Below, in pieces: positions 8,165 to 16,326 of a DNA stretch of 16,326 nt (the first letter of the stretch is position 1; every line of letters begins with the position of its first letter). Made by a program: the position numbers and the translations under genes. Source of the DNA: Bacteroidales bacterium (GTDB taxonomy: Bacteria > Bacteroidota > Bacteroidia > Bacteroidales > UBA12077); NCBI GenBank assembly GCA_028282585.1, contig JANQHR010000056.1, forward strand, positions 1 to 16,326, given 5' to 3'. A model generated the notes under the pieces. The model worked only from the letters and a program-made list of their open reading frames with translations. It was not told the origin of the DNA and did not search any database.

Positions 8165-9694
8165 TTATTGTCTTTGAATATTATCAATGCCTGCCTGCAA
8201 CCTCTTTAAGGTTTCTTCTTTACCAAGAAGTTCAGCAACTTCCATAACTCCAGGGCCGATTCCTGCTCCTACTAACGTTAAACGAAATGGATTCATAACT
8301 TGCCCCATTCCAAATTCTTTTCCTTCAAGAAAATCCTGTACAGCCTTTTCTATATCATGATAGTTAAAAGTTTCAAGCTCTTCTAGTTTGATTTTCAACT
8401 CTTGCAATATTTCTGGCGTATTTTCCTTCCATCGTTTCTTAACAACCTTTGGGTCATATTCAGTTGGAGCTTGAAAAAAGAAATAAGATTGTTCCCAGAA
8501 ATCGGAAACAAAATTAGCCCGCTCCTTAATTAAACCAACTACTTTAATTACGTAAGAATCCTCAACCTGTATTCCCCTTTCTTTTAAATCATTTTGATAT
8601 TGCCTAGTTAGTTTTTCGTCTGATTGGGTTTTCAAGTATTTATGATTAAACCACTTTGCCTTTTCGTGATCAAATTTAGCTCCGGCTTTATGTACTTTTT
8701 TCAAATCAAATGAAGAAACAAGGTCCCTAAAAGAAAGAATTTCTTCCTCAGTTCCAGGGTTCCATCCAAGTAATGCAAGCATATTAACAAAAGCTTCGGG
8801 GAAATAACCATCTTCACGGTACCCTCTTGAAATCTCACCAGTTTTTGAATCCACCCATTCTAATGGAAATACGGGGAATCCTAGGGCATCACCATCTCGT
8901 TTACTTAGTTTACCCTTTCCGCTTGGTTTAAGTAATAATGGTAAGTGCGCAAATTCAGGTTGCGTTTCTTCCCACCCAAAAGCCTTATAAAGCATTACAT
9001 GTAATGGTAGCGATGGTAACCATTCTTCACCACGAATTACATGCGAGATTTTCATTAAATGATCATCCACAACATTAGCCAGATGATAAGTAGGCATTCC
9101 ATCTGATTTAAAAAGTACCTTATCATCCAACTGGTTTGCGTGCATCTTAACAGTACCCCTAATAATATCTTCTACAATTATCTCTTCATCTTCTGGCATC
9201 TTAAATCTTACTACATATGGAATCTCCTTTAATAATTTATTAGTTTCTTCTTCAGATAAAGTAAGAGAATTTCTCATGCCTTTTCGAGTTAGCGGATTAT
9301 ATTGCTGAACACTATTTTTTTCTTCCTTTAACCTTTCTCTCATTGCTTCAAGTTCTTCAGGAGTATCAAATGCATAATATGCATTCCCTGATTCAATTAA
9401 CCTTTCAGCAAACTCACTGTATATTTCTTTTCTGTCTGATTGGCGGTATGGCCCGTATGCGCCTCCTTCTTCAATACCCTCATCTATTTCTATACCACAC
9501 CACTTTAGCGATTCAATAATATAATCTTCTGCCCCTTGTACATACCTTGTTTGGTCGGTATCTTCAATTCTTAAAATGAATTTTCCATTATTTCTTTTTG
9601 CAAAAAGATAATTAAATAATGCTGTCCGGACACCACCCATATGTAATGGACCTGTTGGGCTTGGGGCAAATCTTACTCTTACTTTTCTAACCAT
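8165..9694 (-). CDS. gltX: Glutamate--tRNA ligase
   Basis: RVRFAPSPTGPLHMGG, LRIEDTD, GPYRQS, PTYHLANVVDD, HVIRGEEW, KLSKR. Confidence 0.97.
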   Translation of the reverse strand: MVRKVRVRFAPSPTGPLHMGGVRTALFNYLFAKRNNGKFILRIEDTDQTRYVQGAEDYIIESLKWCGIEIDEGIEEGGAYGPYRQSDRKEIYSEFAERLIESGNAYYAFDTPEELEAMRERLKEEKNSVQQYNPLTRKGMRNSLTLSEEETNKLLKEIPYVVRFKMPEDEEIIVEDIIRGTVKMHANQLDDKVLFKSDGMPTYHLANVVDDHLMKISHVIRGEEWLPSLPLHVMLYKAFGWEETQPEFAHLPLLLKPSGKGKLSKRDGDALGFPVFPLEWVDSKTGEISRGYREDGYFPEAFVNMLALLGWNPGTEEEILSFRDLVSSFDLKKVHKAGAKFDHEKAKWFNHKYLKTQSDEKLTRQYQNDLKERGIQVEDSYVIKVVGLIKERANFVSDFWEQSYFFFQAPTEYDPKVVKKRWKENTPEILQELKIKLEELETFNYHDIEKAVQDFLEGKEFGMGQVMNPFRLTLVGAGIGPGVMEVAELLGKEETLKRLQAGIDNIQRQ

Positions 9695-9701
9695 AAATTA
9701 A

Positions 9702-10736
9702 TTATTCCCAGTTTAAAATAACTTTTCCACTATTTCCTTCATCCATAATTTGGAATCCTTTTTCAAATTCATCAATAGAAAACTGATGTGTAATCATTGG
9801 GTTTAAATCTAATCCCGAATGAAGCATTTGTTCCATTTGGTACCAGGTTTCGAACATTTCCCTACCATAGATTCCTTTTAATGTGAGCCCTTTAAATATT
9901 ACCTTATCCCAATCAATTCCTGTTTTAGGAGGAAGTATTCCTAATAATGAAATCTTTCCTGAATTATACATTATATCTAACATATCATTAAAAGCATGTT
10001 GCGATCCTGAGCATTCCAAACCAATATCAAAACCAATCATTCCAAGTTCTTTAACCACATCTCTTAAGTTTTCTTTTAACGGATTAACAACTCTCGTAGC
10101 ACCCATCTTTTTTGCCAACTCAATTCGGAATTCATTTGTTTCCGTTGCTACCACATATCTTGCACCAGCAAATTTTGCAATGGCAACACACATACTACCA
10201 ATTAAACCAGCACCTGTTACCAACACATCTTCGCCCACCAATGGCCAAGACAGTGCGGTATGTGCAGCGTTTCCGAACGGGTCCATAATTGCCAACATAT
10301 CATCTGGAATTGCTGGATTCATTTTCATTACATTTGCAGCAGGAACTAAAACATATTCCGCAAAAGATCCATTAATGTTTACACCAATTCCTATTGTATT
10401 TTCACAAATATGCTTTCTTCCCCTTCGACAGTTTCTACAATGTCCACATGCAATATGCCCTTCACCTGTAACACGATCACCAATCTCAAATCCTGTAACA
10501 CCAGCACCCATTTTTGCAATTGTACCAACGTATTCATGACCAATAGTCTGACCAATTTTAATTGTATTTTGCGACCATTCATCCCATCGATAAATATGTA
10601 AATCTGTTCCACAGATTGCAGATTTTTTAACTTTAATTAAAATATCATTTACTCCTACCTCAGGAATATCAACTTCTTCCATCCATAAACCTTTTTCAGG
10701 CTTAGATTTAACAAGTGCTTTCATTTTATTTGCCAT
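9702..10736 (-). CDS. tdh: Zn-dependent (MDR) L-threonine 3-dehydrogenase
   Basis: [17 protein letters not shown], structural Zn motif [28 protein letters not shown]. Confidence 0.94.
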   Translation of the reverse strand: MANKMKALVKSKPEKGLWMEEVDIPEVGVNDILIKVKKSAICGTDLHIYRWDEWSQNTIKIGQTIGHEYVGTIAKMGAGVTGFEIGDRVTGEGHIACGHCRNCRRGRKHICENTIGIGVNINGSFAEYVLVPAANVMKMNPAIPDDMLAIMDPFGNAAHTALSWPLVGEDVLVTGAGLIGSMCVAIAKFAGARYVVATETNEFRIELAKKMGATRVVNPLKENLRDVVKELGMIGFDIGLECSGSQHAFNDMLDIMYNSGKISLLGILPPKTGIDWDKVIFKGLTLKGIYGREMFETWYQMEQMLHSGLDLNPMITHQFSIDEFEKGFQIMDEGNSGKVILNWE

Positions 10737-10769
10737 ATGCTTTAAAAATTATCGTTTTTACTTTTTTAG

Positions 10770-10777
10770 CAAAAATA
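10770..10777 (-). promoter_or_regulatory. Putative -7 box for the tdh-gltX-tatD-tcdA run
   Basis: TATTTTTG on the minus strand, 33 nt upstream of the tdh ATG. Confidence 0.55.
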
Positions 10778-10902
10778 AATCATAATTAAGTCATTAGAAA
10801 GTGTCATATACATTAATTAAATGTTTTATAACAAAATTGTACTTTATATTTTGAATATAAACTTTTGTAATTTTCAGAATCAATATAAAACAAAATTATA
10901 CA

Positions 10903-11850
10903 ATGAAAAAGATATTAGTAACTGGTGCATCAGGCCAAATTGGCACCGACTTAACCGTGGAATTACGAAAAGAGTTTGGAGCTCATAATGTTGTTGCTTC
11001 GGATATTAAAGATGCTTGTGACGATGTAATGCAAGGTGGTCCATTTGAAATAATGGATGTAATGGATATGAAAAAAATCTCTGAAATAATGGATAAGTAT
11101 AATATTACTGAAATTTACCACCTAGCAGCTATCTTATCTGGTAATGCTGAGAAAAATCCTAAATGGGCCTGGGATATCAATATGGATAGCCTTTTCAATA
11201 TTTTGGAGTTGAGTCGAGAAAAGAAAATTCATAAAATATTTTGGCCCAGTTCTATGGGAGCTTTTGGTCCTTCCACTCCGCCTGCAAACACGCCACAGCT
11301 AACCATTATGGAACCTTCTACCGTTTATGGCATTAGTAAATTAGCTGGTGAACGTTGGTGCGAATATTATCACCATAAATACGGATTGGATATTAGAGGT
11401 TTAAGGTACCCAGGATTAATTAGTTGGAAAACTGAAGCAGGAGGTGGCACAACAGATTATGCGGTTGAGATTTTTTATGAGGCTATTAAAAGCGGAAATT
11501 ATGAATGTTTTCTTTCTGAAGACATTGCATTACCAATGATGTACATGGATGATGCGGTTAAAGCAACTATTATGCTTATGGAAGCTCCCGCAGATAAAAT
11601 TAAAGTAAGGTCGAGCTATAATCTTGGAGGAATAAGTTTTACTCCTAAAGAAATAGAAAATGAAATAAAAAAGTATATTCCAGAACTAAAAGTTAGTTAC
11701 AAACCAGATTTTCGACAAGCTATAGCAGAATCGTGGCCAAGAAGTATTAGCGATGAAGCAGCTCAAAAAGACTGGGGATGGAAACATGAATACGATCTAC
11801 CGAAAATGGTACAGGTAATGATTGAAAACATAAGAAAAAGAAAATGTTAA
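10903..11850 (+). CDS. Extended-SDR NAD-dependent epimerase/dehydratase, L-threonine dehydrogenase subgroup
   Basis: TGASGQIG Rossmann motif, PSS.GAFG, YGISK catalytic YxxxK, RYPG, GGGTTDYA and LPMMYMDDA, characteristic of UDP-galactose-4-epimerase-like threonine dehydrogenases. Confidence 0.85.
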   Translation: MKKILVTGASGQIGTDLTVELRKEFGAHNVVASDIKDACDDVMQGGPFEIMDVMDMKKISEIMDKYNITEIYHLAAILSGNAEKNPKWAWDINMDSLFNILELSREKKIHKIFWPSSMGAFGPSTPPANTPQLTIMEPSTVYGISKLAGERWCEYYHHKYGLDIRGLRYPGLISWKTEAGGGTTDYAVEIFYEAIKSGNYECFLSEDIALPMMYMDDAVKATIMLMEAPADKIKVRSSYNLGGISFTPKEIENEIKKYIPELKVSYKPDFRQAIAESWPRSISDEAAQKDWGWKHEYDLPKMVQVMIENIRKRKC

Positions 11851-11860
11851 AAGTATAATC

Positions 11861-11890
11861 AAAAACCCCGGAAAATCCGGGGTTTCTCTT
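11861..11890. terminator. Probably bidirectional intrinsic terminator between the SDR gene and nrdJ
   Basis: AAACCCCGGA-AAA-TCCGGGGTTT hairpin with an A run on the left and a T-rich tail on the right, between convergent genes. Confidence 0.8.
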
Positions 11891-11949
11891 AGAATTCAAA
11901 GAATTCTGAAACTTTGCATATAAATATTTGAAAAACTAATGGTCTTTAT

Positions 11950-14535
11950 TTATCCACATTTAGAGTTTCCGCATTCCTGACAAATCAAACAACCCTCTTG
12001 GTAAACTACGCTTTCCGATCCACACTCATTACACTTTGTGCCTGTTTTTGGCTTTGTCCCATCCGGTATATATTTCTTAAGAGCACGCTCTACACCATTT
12101 TTCCAGGTATTAATAGTCTCACTATCCAATCTCAAAGATTGAACTAAATGAACGACATCTGGAATAGGCATTCCATGGCGTAACACTCCTGAGATTAATT
12201 TAGCGTAGTTCCAAAATTCTTTTTGGAACATATGAGATAATCCTCCTAATGTATTTTCATAACCATATTTGTCAATATATTGAAAATCATAACGGCTCAT
12301 ACCTTCATGGTCTTTAACCTTAATAATTTTACCTCCGTTTATAGACTTTGGAATTGGAAACATTTCCTCATCAGCTATACCAGTAAAAATTTCATAGGGT
12401 CGTTCATCCTTTATACCAACAAACGCAATCCATTTTTCATCATTATTATTAAATCTGATAATTTCAGCTTTTAACGATTTAGGCCGTTTGGTACTTACTT
12501 GTTGCTCCTCTGCTTTCTTCTCCTTTTTGTTTGAAACCAGTACTCCTGATCTAGAACCTTCTCTATATACAGTCACACCTTTACATCCGCTTTCCCACGC
12601 GGTAACATACAACTGACCAACCAAATCTTCAGATGCATTTTCCGGTAAATTTATTGTTACACTAATTGAATGATCAACCCATTTCTGTATTCTTCCTTGC
12701 ATTTTCACTTTGTTAACCCAATCAACGTCAGCCGAGGTTGCTTTAGAATATGGTGATGATTCAATTACTTTATTGATTTCCTCATCAGACATTGTTTTCA
12801 CCTCTTCTGCGTTATATCCATTTATTTTTAACCAATCGATAAATTTGTGGTGGAACACATTATATTCTTCCCAAGAATCTCCTACTTCATCAATAAACGT
12901 AACCGTAGAATCAGAATCATTTGGATTTACTTTCCTTCTTCGTTTATAAACCGGCATGAAAACCGGCTCAATTCCTGAAGTTGTTTGAGTCATTAAACTG
13001 GTTGTTCCGGTTGGGGCTATAGTTAATAATGCAATGTTTCTACGACCATACTGAACCATATCGGCATATAGTTGCTCATCTTGTTCTTTTAATCGTAAAA
13101 TGAACGGATTATCTTTTTCTTTTTGAGCATCAAATATTTCGAAAGATCCTCTTTCTTTTGCCATATCAACTGAAGATCTGTATGCTGCTAAAGCAACATT
13201 TTTATGAACCTCTTCAGAAAAATCCACTGCTATTTCGCTACCATACTGTAAACCAAGAGCCGCAAGCATATCACCTTCGGCTGTTATGCCAACACCTGTT
13301 CTACGACCTTCAACAGCTTTCCTTCTAATATTTCTCCACAGTTTATCTTCAACCATTTTAACTTCATAATCTTCAGGATCATTCTCAACTTTATGAAGAA
13401 TAGCATCTATTTTTTCCAGTTCCAAATCAATGATATCATCCATTATTCTTTGAGCATAGCCAACATGTTCTTTAAATAATTCAAAATTAAATTTTGCTTC
13501 AGAAGTAAATGGATTTTCTACATAGCTAAATAAATTGATAGCTAATAATCTACAGCTATCATAAGGACATAATGGAATCTCTCCACACGGATTTGTTGAA
13601 ACAGTTCTATATCCTTGATCAGCATAACAATCTGGCACTGATTCACTTATTACCGTATCCCAAAATAAAATTCCTGGTTCCGCTGATTTCCATGCGTTAT
13701 GAACTATTTTTTTCCATATTTTACCAGCATCCACTTCTTGTTTAAAAACCGGTTCTTTCGTATCCACAGGATACTGCTGAATATATGGTTTGTTCTTAAC
13801 TACCGCTTTCATAAACTCATTATCGATTCTCACGGAAACATTTGCTCCAGTTACTTTTCCTGCTTCTAACTTAGCATCTATAAACTTTTCTGCATCAGGA
13901 TGCTTACTGGAAATACTTAACATTAAAGCACCTCTTCGGCCATCCTGGGCAACTTCACGGGTTGAATTTGAATACCTCTCCATAAAAGGCACAACACCAG
14001 TAGAAGTTAGAGCGCTATTCAAAACCGGGCTTCCTTGCGGGCGTATGTGAGAAAGATCATGCCCCACACCTCCTCTGCGTTTCATTAATTGCACTTGCTC
14101 CTGATCAATTTTCATGATTCCACCATAAGAGTCAGCTGGATTTTTATGACCAATTACAAAACAGTTTGATAAAGATGCTATCTGATATTTGTTTCCAATA
14201 CCCGACATAGGTCCTCCCTGTGGTATGATATATTTAAAATCCTTTAATAGATCATATATTTGCTTTTCACTCATTGCGTTAGGGTAGCGCTTCTCAATTC
14301 TTGCAATTTCCTTAGCAAGTCTTTTATGCATTTCATCCGGATTTTTCTCGAATAAATTTCCGTAAGAGTCCTTTAATGCATATTTATTTGCCCACACTCT
14401 TGCAGCAAGTTCATCTCCTTTAAAATACTCTTTTGAGCTTTTGAAAGCTTCATCGAAAGTATATGTTCTCTTTTTTGCTTTTTCTTGCGAAACCTCGCTT
14501 ATTTTGCCATCTGTAGCCATTCCTTTTACATCCAT
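11950..14535 (-). CDS. nrdJ: Adenosylcobalamin-dependent (class II) ribonucleoside-diphosphate reductase
   Basis: SLSNCF, RRGGVG, TNPCGE (radical Cys), TIAPTGT, GCKGVTVYR; C-terminal TSCPD-like region and Cys-rich tail CNEC...C..C..CG.SKC; no adjacent beta-subunit gene. Confidence 0.92.
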   Translation of the reverse strand: MDVKGMATDGKISEVSQEKAKKRTYTFDEAFKSSKEYFKGDELAARVWANKYALKDSYGNLFEKNPDEMHKRLAKEIARIEKRYPNAMSEKQIYDLLKDFKYIIPQGGPMSGIGNKYQIASLSNCFVIGHKNPADSYGGIMKIDQEQVQLMKRRGGVGHDLSHIRPQGSPVLNSALTSTGVVPFMERYSNSTREVAQDGRRGALMLSISSKHPDAEKFIDAKLEAGKVTGANVSVRIDNEFMKAVVKNKPYIQQYPVDTKEPVFKQEVDAGKIWKKIVHNAWKSAEPGILFWDTVISESVPDCYADQGYRTVSTNPCGEIPLCPYDSCRLLAINLFSYVENPFTSEAKFNFELFKEHVGYAQRIMDDIIDLELEKIDAILHKVENDPEDYEVKMVEDKLWRNIRRKAVEGRRTGVGITAEGDMLAALGLQYGSEIAVDFSEEVHKNVALAAYRSSVDMAKERGSFEIFDAQKEKDNPFILRLKEQDEQLYADMVQYGRRNIALLTIAPTGTTSLMTQTTSGIEPVFMPVYKRRRKVNPNDSDSTVTFIDEVGDSWEEYNVFHHKFIDWLKINGYNAEEVKTMSDEEINKVIESSPYSKATSADVDWVNKVKMQGRIQKWVDHSISVTINLPENASEDLVGQLYVTAWESGCKGVTVYREGSRSGVLVSNKKEKKAEEQQVSTKRPKSLKAEIIRFNNNDEKWIAFVGIKDERPYEIFTGIADEEMFPIPKSINGGKIIKVKDHEGMSRYDFQYIDKYGYENTLGGLSHMFQKEFWNYAKLISGVLRHGMPIPDVVHLVQSLRLDSETINTWKNGVERALKKYIPDGTKPKTGTKCNECGSESVVYQEGCLICQECGNSKCG

Positions 14536-14652
14536 ATTAAGCAGATTTATAATGAGTTTATGATTAATCGATTATGTTCTATAGCACTTTAAGAAAAGGT
14601 AATGCTAATTTAAACATAGTTATAAGTTCGTACAACAAGTTTTAATTTGTAT

Positions 14653-14860
14653 TTTTCAACATTTCTTTAGAGTTATTAACTTTAGGCTTTAATCTGCTGT
14701 AAACCTTACCATTAAAGGATTTCAGCCCCATAATGAAAAAAAATCACAATTGAAAATTTTGTTTAATTTTTATTTTCACACCGATTGTTAATAACCCTAT
14801 AAAGACTGAATTTAAAACGAAACACAAAGAATTAAAAAATTATTAACACTGATATCAACC
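14653..14860. promoter_or_regulatory. Cluster of DnaA-box-like 9-mers upstream of nrdJ
   Basis: TTTTCAACA 14653-14661, TTATTAACT 14673-14681, ATTTTCACA 14772-14780, TGTTAATAA 14786-14794, TTATTAACA 14840-14848, ATATCAACC 14852-14860. Confidence 0.45.
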
Positions 14861-14948
14861 TAATTTAATGCATTTGTTAAGTGTCAGTATTACTGAACAT
14901 TGAATAATTTTAACTCTAAATATAAAGTTAAATTAATTTTAAGAATTG

Positions 14949-16172
14949 TCAGTTTAATAACGGAATTACGTTTTCTAGTTCTCCATCATTTTTGGCGGGG
15001 TCTAAGTCAAGTATTTCACAAATCAAAGCATAAATATCTATGTTATTGATTGAGTTATGCTTGTAGCCTTCTTTAAAAGCAGGTCCATAAGCATAAAAAA
15101 TTGCATGCATATCTTTATTGATATTATCGTATCCATGTGCCCCACCGGAATATGCTTTCTTTTTTCCTGAAACTAATAAACTCCAACTACTATCCGCTAC
15201 AACAACAAAATCTTTTATGCGTTCGCTTTTGGAAAAATGAAGTCTTGCAGGTACTTCTTCCTTTTTCCATACTTTTATATTATCAATTCTGGATAGAGTT
15301 GAATATAATGTATCATAAAACTCCTCTTTAGCTTCAATAGAATATGCAGGATTAGCACCATCTAAATATTCAATCCAGTTCTTATTTATATAATCATCAA
15401 AATAAACTGTTCTTTCTTCGCTTATCTCACCCATACCATGATCCGATGTAATGATAACATTTACCTGTTCAGCAATTTCTAATTCAGCAACTTTATTATA
15501 AAAAACACCTACTAAACTATCTAAATATTCAATTACCTGAATTGTTTCCTGATGATTTGGACCAGCATAATGCCCGATTCCATCTGGCTCTTGCATATAC
15601 CATAATATTAAATGAGGACGCTCTTCCTCTGGCAATTTAAGCCATTTAATTACACCATCCAATCTATCTTCAAATGGCACAGATCCGTTATAATCATAAT
15701 GATATGTTGGAAACAAATTATCATGTAATGCCTCTGATCCAACCCAAAAATATGATGCACTTCTTATACCCTGTTTTTCAGCAGTTACCCATATAGGTTC
15801 GCCAAAATAAAATGATGAATCACCTACCGATTCTCTGTTTCCAACTGAATAAAATTTACCTAAATCAGTAGCATAAAACCTGTTAAAAATCAATCCATGA
15901 TTTTCAGGATAAAGCCCTGTTGCCATTGAATAGTGATTGGGAAATGTTTTTGTCGGAAAACATGGAACACAAGACTCAACACGAACACCTACTTTTTCTA
16001 TATTGTCTAAACTAGGAGTATTCGCTTTTTCAGGATAGTCCCAACGAAATCCGTCCATTGATAACATAATAAGATATGGTTTATCACTATTTGAATTAAC
16101 TTCATTTAGTGAAGATTTACAACATGCAAATAAAACTATACCTATCAACAAAGAAAATACCCGGAATTTCAT
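14949..16172 (-). CDS. Alkaline-phosphatase-superfamily nucleotide pyrophosphatase/phosphodiesterase, probable lipoprotein
   Basis: SMDGFRWDY, PTKTFPNHYS (Thr nucleophile), EPD..GH, SDHGM, GAHGYDN; lipobox-like LFAC. ATG at 16172 preferred over the TTG at 16178. Confidence 0.9.
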   Translation of the reverse strand: MKFRVFSLLIGIVLFACCKSSLNEVNSNSDKPYLIMLSMDGFRWDYPEKANTPSLDNIEKVGVRVESCVPCFPTKTFPNHYSMATGLYPENHGLIFNRFYATDLGKFYSVGNRESVGDSSFYFGEPIWVTAEKQGIRSASYFWVGSEALHDNLFPTYHYDYNGSVPFEDRLDGVIKWLKLPEEERPHLILWYMQEPDGIGHYAGPNHQETIQVIEYLDSLVGVFYNKVAELEIAEQVNVIITSDHGMGEISEERTVYFDDYINKNWIEYLDGANPAYSIEAKEEFYDTLYSTLSRIDNIKVWKKEEVPARLHFSKSERIKDFVVVADSSWSLLVSGKKKAYSGGAHGYDNINKDMHAIFYAYGPAFKEGYKHNSINNIDIYALICEILDLDPAKNDGELENVIPLLN

Positions 16173-16227
16173 GAACAATTAATTTATTATAATTTAATTA
16201 CACTTTAAATCAGGAATTGTTTATAAG

Positions 16228-16261
16228 AAAAGAGGCTGTCCAAAAAGGCAGTCTCTTTTTT
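16228..16261. terminator. Hairpin (terminator or REP-like palindrome)
   Basis: AAAAGAGGCTGTC-CAAAAA-GGCAGTCTCTTTTTT, with two G-T pairs on the plus strand. Confidence 0.65.
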
Positions 16262-16325
16262 ATGCCGCTTTTTTATTTTTGGTTTCAAATAAGTTTTGGT
16301 TATTGTCTTTTTGATAAAAAAAGTA
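16260..16325 (-). CDS. Possible 3' end of a gene entering from beyond the window
   Basis: Minus-strand frame open from the window edge, ...YFFYQKDNNQNLFETKNKKAA*, stopping right at the hairpin. Too short to identify. Confidence 0.3.
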   Translation of the reverse strand, partial: YFFYQKDNNQNLFETKNKKAA

Positions 16326-16326
16326 T

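Noticed and set aside
9883-10612. 218-aa antisense ORF and two small ORFs overlapping tdh
   Set aside because: Long antisense frames are a common by-product of codon usage; Pro/Ile/Ser-rich translation with no domain signal.
11950-11958. Perfect DnaA box TTATCCACA at the nrdJ stop
   Set aside because: Explained by the terminal Cys-Gly-stop codons (TGT GGA TAA); isolated copy.
11950-14535. Intein or intron in nrdJ
   Set aside because: Continuous 861-aa frame of ordinary length, no intein splice motifs or homing-endonuclease insert evident.
14884-14896. Small palindrome TCAGTA-T-TACTGA downstream of the NPP gene
   Set aside because: Only 6-bp arms with no clear U-tract; not enough to call a terminator or operator.
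14536-14948. Cobalamin riboswitch or NrdR boxes upstream of nrdJ
   Set aside because: Region too AT-rich, with no B12-box-like stems or tandem NrdR palindromes visible by eye; an Rfam scan would be decisive.
12280-15331. Small plus-strand ORFs inside nrdJ and the NPP gene
   Set aside because: All antisense to well-supported genes, short and without motifs.

Overview
AT-rich chromosomal segment that looks like Bacteroidota, judged from TAnnTTTG -7 promoter boxes and the protein types. It is mostly housekeeping: tRNA-Cys, folB, glnS, a tdh-gltX-tatD-tcdA run, an SDR-type threonine dehydrogenase, a class II ribonucleotide reductase and a lipoprotein nucleotide pyrophosphatase/phosphodiesterase. 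Two accessory-looking modules are present. The first is a hipBA-like toxin-antitoxin pair just downstream of tRNA-Cys, whose promoter carries four phased 18-bp operator-like sites (TGTTG-N8-CATCA) around a perfect AT-rich palindrome. The second is a membrane-anchored LytTR regulator followed by a two-domain retropepsin-like lipoprotein, with a LytTR-type 9-12-9 direct repeat and a -7 box between them. Also notable: two non-homologous threonine dehydrogenases head-to-head, a cluster of DnaA-box-like 9-mers upstream of nrdJ, and a possible IS end at the right edge. No CRISPR array, rRNA or integrase is visible. All calls come from reading motifs by eye; no database search was run, so novelty is unproven.
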